From positions 1-10,333 of the forward strand of contig JAYVND010000642.1 of assembly GCA_043758635.1 (NCBI GenBank): a stretch of DNA of 10,333 bases, in the 5' to 3' direction. The stretch is from Bdellovibrionales bacterium (GTDB lineage: Bacteria; Bdellovibrionota; Bdellovibrionia; Bdellovibrionales; JAMPXM01). The position numbers and the translations under genes are program-made. The notes below the pieces were generated by a model, which was not told the DNA's origin, searched no databases, and saw nothing but the letters and a program-made list of their open reading frames with translations. Position 1 is the stretch's first letter, and each line of letters starts with the position of its first letter. Shown here piece after piece: positions 1 to 6,466 of the stretch.

Positions 1-8
1 CTAGCATT

Positions 9-40
9 TGGCCTAACGTCTGGCCTAACGTCTGGCCTAA
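9..40. repeat. Tandem direct repeat of the unit tggcctaacgtc: two full copies plus a partial third
   Basis: Read directly: 9-20 and 21-32 are identical 12-mers, and 33-40 repeats the first 8 nt. The repeat lies at the window edge, upstream of the first gene. Confidence 0.8.
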
Positions 41-199
41 ATCCCGAAATTACGTCTGTTCCGTTCGCAGAGGACGAGAATTGAGTGGTCAAACTGACAC
101 CGGAAAAGGGATGAAGGTTGAGCACAGATCTTGTATTGAGTATGGTGTACGAATGATGGAAATGCTCCACGTTCCTAGATTTAAATAGGGGAGACCGAT

Positions 200-865
200 A
201 TGAAATTCACAAGTTTTGCTACGAGTTTCGCAAAAACAATGGCCGTAGTTTTAGGTTTAGGTATGACATTACAATCAGCCACCAGTCTTGCGGACTTCGG
301 TCGTCCAGGTGCGGGTCCAGGTCAACAACAAGGTGGCCAGCAATTTGGTGGAGACCGTGGCGGTCCAGGCGATTTCGATCGAGGCGGTCCGGGCGATTTC
401 GGTCGCGGTGGTCTGGGCGATTTCGGTCGCGGTGGTCCAGGCGATTTCGGTCGCGGTGGTCCGGGCGATTTCGGTCGCGGTCCACGGCCAATGCCGCCGA
501 TGGGCTACGGAATCGATGCTTACCGTGCGTCGCAAATCACGCAAGCACTTTACCGCGCAATTCTTTTCCGTAATGTCGACCCGTCAGGTATGCAATCAAA
601 CACTTGGACGATTTCGCAAGGTGGTTACGAAGGAGTTCGTCAAGCCGCGCGTGGGTTGGTTGATAGTCCAGAGTTCCAGCAAAACATCTGGCCTCGCTTC
701 AATGCTCCGCAGATCGCAGTGAATCTCTACCAAGGCCTTTTAGGTCGTCAGCCAGATCCTGGTGGGTTTCGGAACAGCGTGGACCAGCTGCAATATGGTA
801 ATATCGAAGGCGTGGTCGACGGAATGGTGACTTCACCTGAGTTTCGTCAACGTTTTGGCTTTTAA
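200..865 (+). CDS. Secreted repeat protein: signal peptide, Gly/Pro-rich GGPGDFGR x5 repeat, then two DUF4214-like modules
   Basis: ATG at 200 is preceded by AGGGGAG (187-193). The N-terminus MKFTSFATSFAKTMAVVLGLGMTLQSATSLA is a typical Sec signal peptide. Five near-identical 8-aa repeats follow. The C-terminal half contains two copies of a pattern resembling the DUF4214 motif (LYRAILFRNVDPSG...SPEF and LYQGLLGRQPDPGGF...SPEF). Confidence 0.8.
   Translation: MKFTSFATSFAKTMAVVLGLGMTLQSATSLADFGRPGAGPGQQQGGQQFGGDRGGPGDFDRGGPGDFGRGGLGDFGRGGPGDFGRGGPGDFGRGPRPMPPMGYGIDAYRASQITQALYRAILFRNVDPSGMQSNTWTISQGGYEGVRQAARGLVDSPEFQQNIWPRFNAPQIAVNLYQGLLGRQPDPGGFRNSVDQLQYGNIEGVVDGMVTSPEFRQRFGF
359..478 (+). 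repeat. Five tandem 24-nt units (ggYggtcYRggcgatttcgRtcgM) encoding GGPGDFGR, inside the CDS 200-865
   Basis: Units at 359-382, 383-406, 407-430, 431-454 and 455-478 differ by only 1-3 nt. They are conserved at the nucleotide level, not just the protein level. Confidence 0.9.
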
Positions 866-1006
866 CTTTGGGACCGAATTTAAAGTTTAAAATCTAAGTC
901 TAAACTTTAATCTCGATTTAAATCGCAAATCTAATTCTGAAATGATTCCCGATCAGCGGTGATTGCGAGCCACAGTTCATTAAACACGTTTAGTAACACA
1001 AATAGG

Positions 1007-1037
1007 AAAAGCCCACTTCGCGAGAGTGGGCTTTTTT
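1007..1037. terminator. Bidirectional rho-independent terminator
   Basis: Stem gcccact (1011-1017) pairs with agtgggc (1025-1031) around the loop tcgcgag. The hairpin has aaaa on its 5' side and ttttttatt on its 3' side. It sits between the convergent genes ending at 865 (+) and 1080 (-). Confidence 0.8.
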
Positions 1038-1079
1038 ATTTAGAGACCATTGTTCGAAAGCCAATGCGCATCTCCTCTT

Positions 1080-1592
1080 TCACTCGTTTGACATCGGAAT
1101 ATCTCTAAGATCGGTGTCGCCAACTTTTGCAATGCTCAATGTTCCATCGGCTTCTAAGACGGCAGTGCTGATCTCTGAGATGTGATGCACATCTTGTTTG
1201 CGCAAGAGGGTTCGGAGCTCGCTCATGCTCAGCCGCTCGCGATGGAGATTTTTTTCGATAATCTTGCCTTTGTTGATCAACAGGGTCGGCGTTCCCTCAA
1301 AAACGCGGCTAAAGAAATTAAAGCGATATGTGAGGTATGAAATCAACGTGCTCATCACGATAAGGATAAGTGCGAGCCAAAGCCCTCCAATGAGTGAGTT
1401 ATCACCACCATTCATCGAATTCTGCACAGCATTTGAAATGAGAAGGATTGCGACAAACTCTGTAGCGCCCATTTGACCTAGCTGGCGCTTTCCCGAAATG
1501 CGTAAGAGCAAAAGAACAACTACGTAAACTGCGACGGCGCGAAAGGCCAGGGCCGAAGATGCAACGTCAAAATGCCAAAGCTGTCCACTCAT
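1080..1592 (-). CDS. YetF/DUF421-family membrane protein
   Basis: The 170-aa product aligns by eye with B. subtilis YetF. The conserved core GKRQLGQMGATEFVAILLISNAVQNSM matches GKTQFSQITPFDFISALILGELVGNAV, and the C-terminal half (FEGTPTLLINKGKIIEKNL...LEADGTLSI) matches the YetF C-terminal domain. Its ATG overlaps the stop codon of the upstream MFS gene (ATGA), which implies translational coupling. Confidence 0.85.
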   Translation of the reverse strand: MSGQLWHFDVASSALAFRAVAVYVVVLLLLRISGKRQLGQMGATEFVAILLISNAVQNSMNGGDNSLIGGLWLALILIVMSTLISYLTYRFNFFSRVFEGTPTLLINKGKIIEKNLHRERLSMSELRTLLRKQDVHHISEISTAVLEADGTLSIAKVGDTDLRDIPMSNE

Positions 1593-2968
1593 TTGGTCCC
1601 CTTAGGAAAATCTGGATTAGCGTAATTGCGGTGCTGAACTGTCTTTGGAATGCGCAGGCAAAGTAAGAAGCCGGCAATGGCAAAGCACGAGCAGAAAAGT
1701 GTCCATTCACGTAAAAGTGCGTGCTCGATCATCAGGCCCGAAAGAAGTGGGGCGATGAATTGCGACATGGACTGAATCGACTGGTTTGAACCCATCGCAA
1801 GACCCTGCTCAGATTTGTCAGCCATTTGCGAGGTCAGACTCGTGAGAGAAGGCCGAATAAAAGACTGACCAATACTTCCAAATAAAAATAGTCCGATGAA
1901 GACATACGCCGATTGGCCCGGGGCGAGAAGTGAGTAGCCAATCGCCATCGAAGCGAAACCAAACATACTCATGCTTCGTTCGTTCGCCCATTTCGCAACT
2001 CGTCCGAGCAAGCCGGCTTGAATTACAAAACTCATGGCACCACCAATTGTCATCACCCAACCCACTTGGGTTGTTCCAAAAGCCTTTCCTTCCCAGGTCA
2101 GTGCGCGCTCGGCATACATTGCAAGACCCGACATGAAGGATGTGAAAGCCATTGTAAAACAGAAAAATGGAAGCAGCGAAATATTCAGCTTTTGAACCAT
2201 CTTCCACTTCGAAGTACGAGGGCGCTTTGCCTCTCCGTCGCCAATTAAGGCATTATTCGGAGCAGTTTTCGAAGCGTCAGCATTTTTTGGAGCCGAGGCT
2301 CCAACGTCAGCATTTTTTAGAGCCGAGGCTCCAAATGGAGCAACTTTTGTGCTGCCTGGGACGGTCTTTGGCAGAAAAATAATGTTCGCCGCAATTGTCA
2401 GGAGTGAGAGTCCAGCCGATGCCCAGAGCGGTGCCGTCAGGCTGATGTGCGCAAGTAATCCAGAGAGAGCAGGACCCGCTATGAACCCAAGTCCGAAAAC
2501 AGCTCCGAACATTCCGAACGCTTTGGTCCGATTTTTTGGACCAGCAAGATCGGCGATGAACGCCTGTGCAACACTGATATTGCCGGCGGTGAGACCATCG
2601 ATGATTCTTCCCAAGAATACAAAGAACAGGCTCGACGCCGTTGCGAGTACTACAAAACCAACTAAGGTTCCGATTTGAGAGATGATCAAGACCGGCTTAC
2701 GCCCGATGCGATCTGAAAGACTTCCCAATATAGGGCCAGCGATAAATTGGCAAAGTCCGTACACCGCAGTGACGCTGCCGACAACAAGCGGAGTGCCGCC
2801 GAAATGTTCGGTGTAAAATGGCAACAGCGGCATCACGACTGTGAAGCCGAGGATATCGATAAATACGACGAGGAGAACGGCCCACATCGCGCGGTTGCGC
2901 TGTGCTTCATCGAGAGCTTCGAGATTTTGCACCGAATGTATGACGGGGGGAGAAGTCATTTGGAACAC
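1589..2968 (-). CDS. MFS transporter, DHA1-type drug:H+ antiporter family, with an enlarged central loop
   Basis: The product has 12 predicted TM segments and the MFS motif A GSLSDRIGRKPVL after TM2. The first codon of the ORF is GTG at 2968; ATG at 2959 (MTSPPV...) is an alternative start. The central loop TM6-TM7 carries a tandem 10-aa repeat. Confidence 0.85.
   Translation of the reverse strand: MFQMTSPPVIHSVQNLEALDEAQRNRAMWAVLLVVFIDILGFTVVMPLLPFYTEHFGGTPLVVGSVTAVYGLCQFIAGPILGSLSDRIGRKPVLIISQIGTLVGFVVLATASSLFFVFLGRIIDGLTAGNISVAQAFIADLAGPKNRTKAFGMFGAVFGLGFIAGPALSGLLAHISLTAPLWASAGLSLLTIAANIIFLPKTVPGSTKVAPFGASALKNADVGASAPKNADASKTAPNNALIGDGEAKRPRTSKWKMVQKLNISLLPFFCFTMAFTSFMSGLAMYAERALTWEGKAFGTTQVGWVMTIGGAMSFVIQAGLLGRVAKWANERSMSMFGFASMAIGYSLLAPGQSAYVFIGLFLFGSIGQSFIRPSLTSLTSQMADKSEQGLAMGSNQSIQSMSQFIAPLLSGLMIEHALLREWTLFCSCFAIAGFLLCLRIPKTVQHRNYANPDFPKGTK
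2265..2324. repeat. Two tandem 30-bp units (cgtcagcattttttRgagccgaggctccaa) inside the MFS central-loop coding region
   Basis: 2265-2294 and 2295-2324 are identical except for one nucleotide. On the minus strand they encode GASALKNADV / GASAPKNADA. Confidence 0.9.
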
Positions 2969-3080
2969 CGCTTTCTTTTTACCTCAGCCTGACGGAGACT
3001 CGAGAGCATCGAAGATGATCATAAAAGAGCTTCGCCAGATGCGCAATCGAATCGATTTTTACAATTGAACGAGGTGACGG
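2969..3080. promoter_or_regulatory. Divergent intergenic region between the MFS operon and the methyltransferase gene, with a 6-1-6 palindrome AATCGA-a-TCGATT at 3045-3057
   Basis: This 112-bp gap separates two divergently transcribed genes. The palindrome is read directly from the sequence. GAGGTG at 3071-3076 serves as the Shine-Dalgarno sequence for the GTG at 3081. Confidence 0.4.
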
Positions 3081-4007
3081 GTGAGTTCTTCAAAAATCGA
3101 ATCTCAGTTAAACTCAGATAGTTTAAGTGATCCAGGAACTGGCGTGAGACACGAATCAGCAGTTCTGAATTCACCTTGCGGTGTGCTTACCAATCCGGTC
3201 TTAGCACCTCCAGTCGATTCACTGCAGAGAGCGTCAAATATTCATGAAATGGCGGCGACTGGTTTTAATCTCGATTCAGATGCTTACGAACGCGGGCGGC
3301 CAGAGTATCCCGTCGCGGTAGCCGATTTTTTTAAGAACGAGTTGCGTTTCAATCCGCTCACGCGAATCGGTGAGCTTGGCGCAGGCACTGGAAAGTTCAC
3401 GCGCACACTTTTAAAAACTGGGGCTGAGATCACGCCGATGGAGCCGGTCGAAGGGATGAGACGTAAATTTCGCGCCATTTATCCCAACTTCGAGTTGCTA
3501 TCGTCTCCAGCCGAAAAAATTGACCTTCGCAATTCAAGCCTCGATGTTGTCGCGGCAGCGCAGGCTGCGCACTGGTTCGATGCGCCAAAAGCTGCTGTCG
3601 AGATTCATCGCGTTCTGAAGACAGCTGGTCACCTCGTTCTTGTTTGGAATGTGCGTGACGAAACCTCCGGAATCTTTCGAGAACTCACTCGCATAATGGA
3701 AAAGTACGAAGGCACGACGCCGCGATATAAATCGATGAAGTGGAAAGCGGGCTTTGATCAATCGGGACTCTTCTCGACCTTTCGATTGGCAGAATTTCCG
3801 CACACGCAACACGGAACAGCGGAGACGATTGTGGATCGAGTCGGGTCTGTCAGTTTTATGTCAGCGCTCCCGTCTGAGGAGAAAGCCAAAGCGCTCAAAA
3901 AGGTGCGTGAGATTGTTTCGCATCATCCAGATGTACGAGGAAAGGCGGAGATTGAATTGAAATATATCACCCGCGTTTACGTCGCAACCAGCGTAAAAAT
4001 CCTGTAA
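3081..4007 (+). CDS. Class I SAM-dependent methyltransferase (Methyltransf_11-like)
   Basis: Motif I ELGAGTGKFT (E/DxGxGxG) is present. YERGRPEYP resembles the N-terminal motif found in many small-molecule methyltransferases. The ORF starts with GTG at 3081, which has a GAGGT Shine-Dalgarno sequence upstream. The first 56 aa are Ser-rich and low-complexity. An internal ATG at 3249 (MAATGFNLDSDAYERGRPEYP) is an alternative start but has no obvious Shine-Dalgarno sequence. Confidence 0.8.
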   Translation: MSSSKIESQLNSDSLSDPGTGVRHESAVLNSPCGVLTNPVLAPPVDSLQRASNIHEMAATGFNLDSDAYERGRPEYPVAVADFFKNELRFNPLTRIGELGAGTGKFTRTLLKTGAEITPMEPVEGMRRKFRAIYPNFELLSSPAEKIDLRNSSLDVVAAAQAAHWFDAPKAAVEIHRVLKTAGHLVLVWNVRDETSGIFRELTRIMEKYEGTTPRYKSMKWKAGFDQSGLFSTFRLAEFPHTQHGTAETIVDRVGSVSFMSALPSEEKAKALKKVREIVSHHPDVRGKAEIELKYITRVYVATSVKIL

Positions 4008-4278
4008 AAATATGGTTTCAAAAATTCCGATAACTGTCAAAACTTCAGTAGAATTAAATATTTAGATGTGCATCATTGCGTTGACATCTGCTTTGAGTGA
4101 GATTCGGAATAAACTATTCCTGTTTCGCTTGTGAGTCGTCAAGACCAAGCGTAACTTTCTCTCCATCACCTCATCGAATCAAATCGGAGACGGCGCTCGT
4201 GGTTGTCGACTCAATCGCGCGTGTCGTATTCGGCTGGATGCGAAATTAAGGTGACAACTTTTTAAGGAGAAGAGATCC
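4008..4278 (+). promoter_or_regulatory. 271-bp upstream region and leader of the flotillin-like gene. Candidate -35 TTGACA at 4081-4086; strong Shine-Dalgarno AAGGAG at 4263-4268
   Basis: TTGACA is read at 4081-4086, but there is no clean -10 hexamer 17 bp downstream, so the promoter position is uncertain. The Shine-Dalgarno sequence lies 10 nt upstream of ATG 4279. Confidence 0.35.
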
Positions 4279-6393
4279 ATGGGATCCGTAGAATGGCAGT
4301 CTTGGCAAATCGTATTGTGCGGCTTCGTCGTCGCATTTTTGGTGGTACCGACGCTCGGTTACCTTTTAGGATTTTATCGCTACATTCCCAACAATCGAGT
4401 GGGTGTGCGGGAACGCCTTTGGAGTCGTAAAGGGTCGGTGCGCCAGGGTTTGATTGCGCTAAATGGTGAAGCGGGTTTTGAGCCAGATGTCATGCGTGGT
4501 GGTTTCCACGTGATGGCGCCCCTTCAGTACCGAATTCATATTTTGCCGCTCGTGACAATTCCGCAGGGGCAAGTAGGTTACGTATTTGCGCGAGATGGCA
4601 GAACTCTCGCGGCGACTCAGGCTTTGGCATCGAACACTCTCGCGCACGACTTTCAAGATGTCGTGGAGTTTTTAAAAAATGGAGGAGAGCGCGGGCCACA
4701 GAGAAAAATTCTGCGTGAAGGAACGTATGCCTTCAACCTCGCGCAGTTTGTGATTCTGACAAGAGATTCGATTTACAGTCTTACTCTCGACGGCAACGAA
4801 GCTGGAATGTTCAAGCAAATGGCTTTGGTGATCACGGAACGTCAGGGCTTTTCGCCAGTTGTGATCAAAGGCAATGACGACCTATTAGGGGTAGTGACCG
4901 TTCATGACGGGCCATCGCTTGATGGTGATCAAATTATTGCGCCAACCGTTGGAACCGATCCAATGGTGAAGGAGACGTATCATAACAACTTTCAAGATCC
5001 GGAGTTATTTTTGATGGCCGGCGGTCGTCGTGGCCGTCAGTTGCAAGTTTTAGTTGAGGGGACTTATTACATCAATCGCTTATTCGCGACAGTGGAGATG
5101 GTGCCAAAAACCATCGTCGATGTAGGTACGGTGGGAGTCGTTGTTTCGTACACAGGCATGAACGGAAAAGATTTAACGGGTGAAGACTATCGTCACGGTG
5201 AGTTGGTCTCAAAAGGTTTGCGCGGCGTTTGGGACGAACCTCTTTTACCAGGTAAATATGCCTTCAACACCTACGCGGGACGCGTGTTGATCGTACCGAC
5301 AACCAACTTCATTTTGAAGTGGGCTCACGGCGAAGTTGGGGCGTTCAAGTTCGATGAGAATTTGTCGGAAGTATCATTGATCACTCGCGATGCGTTTGAA
5401 CCGAATTTGCCGCTCTCGGTGGTTGTGCATATCGACTACCGGAAAGCACCGCTTGTCGTGCAACGGTTTGGCGACATCAAGAAATTAGTTGAGCAAACTT
5501 TGGATCCGATGGTTTCAGCATACTTTAAAAATATTGGCCAAACGAGAACACTCATTGAGCTTCTTCAGGATCGCAGTGTGATTCAGCAACAATCAGCGCT
5601 CGAGATGCGCGAGAAGTTCACAAAGTACAATCTTGAGTTGCTCGAAGTGTTGATCGGCACCCCGACCTCGGCCGATAAACCGGGAGCCGCGGGCGGCGGA
5701 CAAATCGAGCAGATTTTGACTCAGCTTCGCTCGAGGCAAATTGCAAACGAGCAGATCGAAACGTACCAACGTCAAGAGAACGCGGCCGTCCAAGAGCGTC
5801 AGTTGCGTGAAGCCGAAGCGCGAGCTCGACAACAACAGAGCATCACGGAGTCCGAACTTTCGATCACGGTTCAGACGAACCAGGGTAAAGCCGATTTTGC
5901 GCGAGCTCAACAGCAGTCATCGCAGATTCAAACTCTCGCGATGGCCGAAGCCGAAAAGATTCGTGTCTTAGGTGAAGGCGAGGCAAAGAAAATTCAAGCG
6001 TTGGCTGGGGCTGAGGCTGAGCGTGCCGCAAAAGTTGGTATCGCGCAAGCGATGGCGATTCAAGAACAAGTGCGAGCATACGGGGGCCCAAGGTTCCAAC
6101 TCACTCAGCAAGTGATGAACCGATTTGCAGAAGCGGTCCAGGCATCTGGCGTTGATCTAGTTCCACGAGTCATGATCACCAATAGCAATGGGGGCGGAGC
6201 GAATGGTTCGGGAGGCAATGGAGCTGGTGCAAGTTCAGGCGGAATGGGCGGTGGAAGTTTGATTGAAGGTTTGCTTGCCATGCTATTGGCCGAGAAAGCC
6301 GGAGAAGAAATCATGCCAACTCAGGCTGCAAGTCCAGAGGTTGAAGCCATCCGTCGCAAGATCTTGAGCAAAGTTGACGTTTCAAACCTATAG
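4279..6393 (+). CDS. Flotillin-like SPFH/band-7 family protein (YqiK/FloT-like), 704 aa
   Basis: The product has an N-terminal TM helix (WQIVLCGFVVAFLVVPTLGYLLGF) followed by an SPFH domain. It then has a long Ala/Glu/Gln-rich coiled coil containing EA-type repeats (EAEARARQQQ, AEAEKIRVLGEGEAKKIQALAGAEAERAAKVG). A Gly-rich segment (GGGANGSGGNGAGASSGGMGGG) follows, and the protein ends in a hydrophobic C-terminal tail. This is the same architecture as E. coli YqiK. A strong Shine-Dalgarno sequence precedes the start. Confidence 0.85.
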   Translation: MGSVEWQSWQIVLCGFVVAFLVVPTLGYLLGFYRYIPNNRVGVRERLWSRKGSVRQGLIALNGEAGFEPDVMRGGFHVMAPLQYRIHILPLVTIPQGQVGYVFARDGRTLAATQALASNTLAHDFQDVVEFLKNGGERGPQRKILREGTYAFNLAQFVILTRDSIYSLTLDGNEAGMFKQMALVITERQGFSPVVIKGNDDLLGVVTVHDGPSLDGDQIIAPTVGTDPMVKETYHNNFQDPELFLMAGGRRGRQLQVLVEGTYYINRLFATVEMVPKTIVDVGTVGVVVSYTGMNGKDLTGEDYRHGELVSKGLRGVWDEPLLPGKYAFNTYAGRVLIVPTTNFILKWAHGEVGAFKFDENLSEVSLITRDAFEPNLPLSVVVHIDYRKAPLVVQRFGDIKKLVEQTLDPMVSAYFKNIGQTRTLIELLQDRSVIQQQSALEMREKFTKYNLELLEVLIGTPTSADKPGAAGGGQIEQILTQLRSRQIANEQIETYQRQENAAVQERQLREAEARARQQQSITESELSITVQTNQGKADFARAQQQSSQIQTLAMAEAEKIRVLGEGEAKKIQALAGAEAERAAKVGIAQAMAIQEQVRAYGGPRFQLTQQVMNRFAEAVQASGVDLVPRVMITNSNGGGANGSGGNGAGASSGGMGGGSLIEGLLAMLLAEKAGEEIMPTQAASPEVEAIRRKILSKVDVSNL

Positions 6394-6413
6394 CCGACAT
6401 TTTTTTAGTCGAC

Positions 6414-6435
6414 GCCCGTTGATTCATCAACGGGC
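6414..6435. repeat. Perfect 10-bp inverted repeat with a 2-nt spacer (gcccgttgat tc atcaacgggc) in the convergent intergenic region
   Basis: The arms are exact reverse complements. A T7 run (6400-6406) lies on the 5' side on the plus strand. The U-tract is therefore on the wrong side for a canonical intrinsic terminator in either direction. Confidence 0.7.
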
Positions 6436-6466
6436 TCTATCAGACAACGACGACCCGTCGGTTCGT

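Noticed and set aside
359-478. Possibility that the 24-nt repeat array or the 30-bp (2265-2324) or 12-bp (9-40) repeats represent a CRISPR array
   Set aside because: The units are directly abutting with no unique spacers. Two of the three are in-frame coding repeats. No cas genes are nearby.
219-722. ORFs 219-491(-), 275-544(-) and 288-722(+), which overlap the secreted-protein gene
   Set aside because: All three run through the 24-nt tandem repeat, so their translations are themselves repetitive artefacts (DRNRPDHR..., TTATEIA..., AISVAVV...). None has a Shine-Dalgarno sequence. The plus-frame gene 200-865 has a Shine-Dalgarno sequence, a signal peptide and domain-like sequence.
1198-1476. 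ORF 1198-1476(+), antisense to the YetF-like gene
   Set aside because: It lies entirely within a well-supported minus-strand CDS with a strong family match. It has no Shine-Dalgarno sequence and its composition is Arg/Ser-rich, typical of antisense frames.
1818-2992. Several 60-130-aa ORFs on both strands inside and at the edge of the MFS gene (1818-2207-, 1930-2136+, 2018-2248+, 2167-2382+, 2349-2678+, 2697-2885-, 2747-2992+, 2841-3068+)
   Set aside because: All are alternative frames of the 459-aa MFS CDS, which shows canonical MFS motifs. None has a convincing Shine-Dalgarno sequence.
3284-3960. ORFs 3284-3478(-), 3534-3812(-) and 3754-3960(+) inside the methyltransferase gene
   Set aside because: They are embedded in a CDS that has a clear SAM-binding motif. 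They are Arg-rich and low-complexity, typical of off-frame translation of GC-rich coding sequence.
4066-4134. 22-codon uORF (MCIIALTSALSEIRNKLFLFRL) in the flotillin leader as a leader peptide
   Set aside because: There is no Shine-Dalgarno sequence within 15 nt of its ATG. It overlaps the candidate -35 box. I kept it only as a remark within the leader finding.
4459-6314. ORFs 4459-4656(-), 4490-4699(-), 5593-5910(-), 5741-5971(+), 5864-6091(-) and 6105-6314(-) within the flotillin-like gene
   Set aside because: They overlap the SPFH and coiled-coil regions. The coiled-coil's Ala/Glu/Gln codon bias produces long stop-free alternative frames, for example the Pro-rich 6105-6314. None has start signals.
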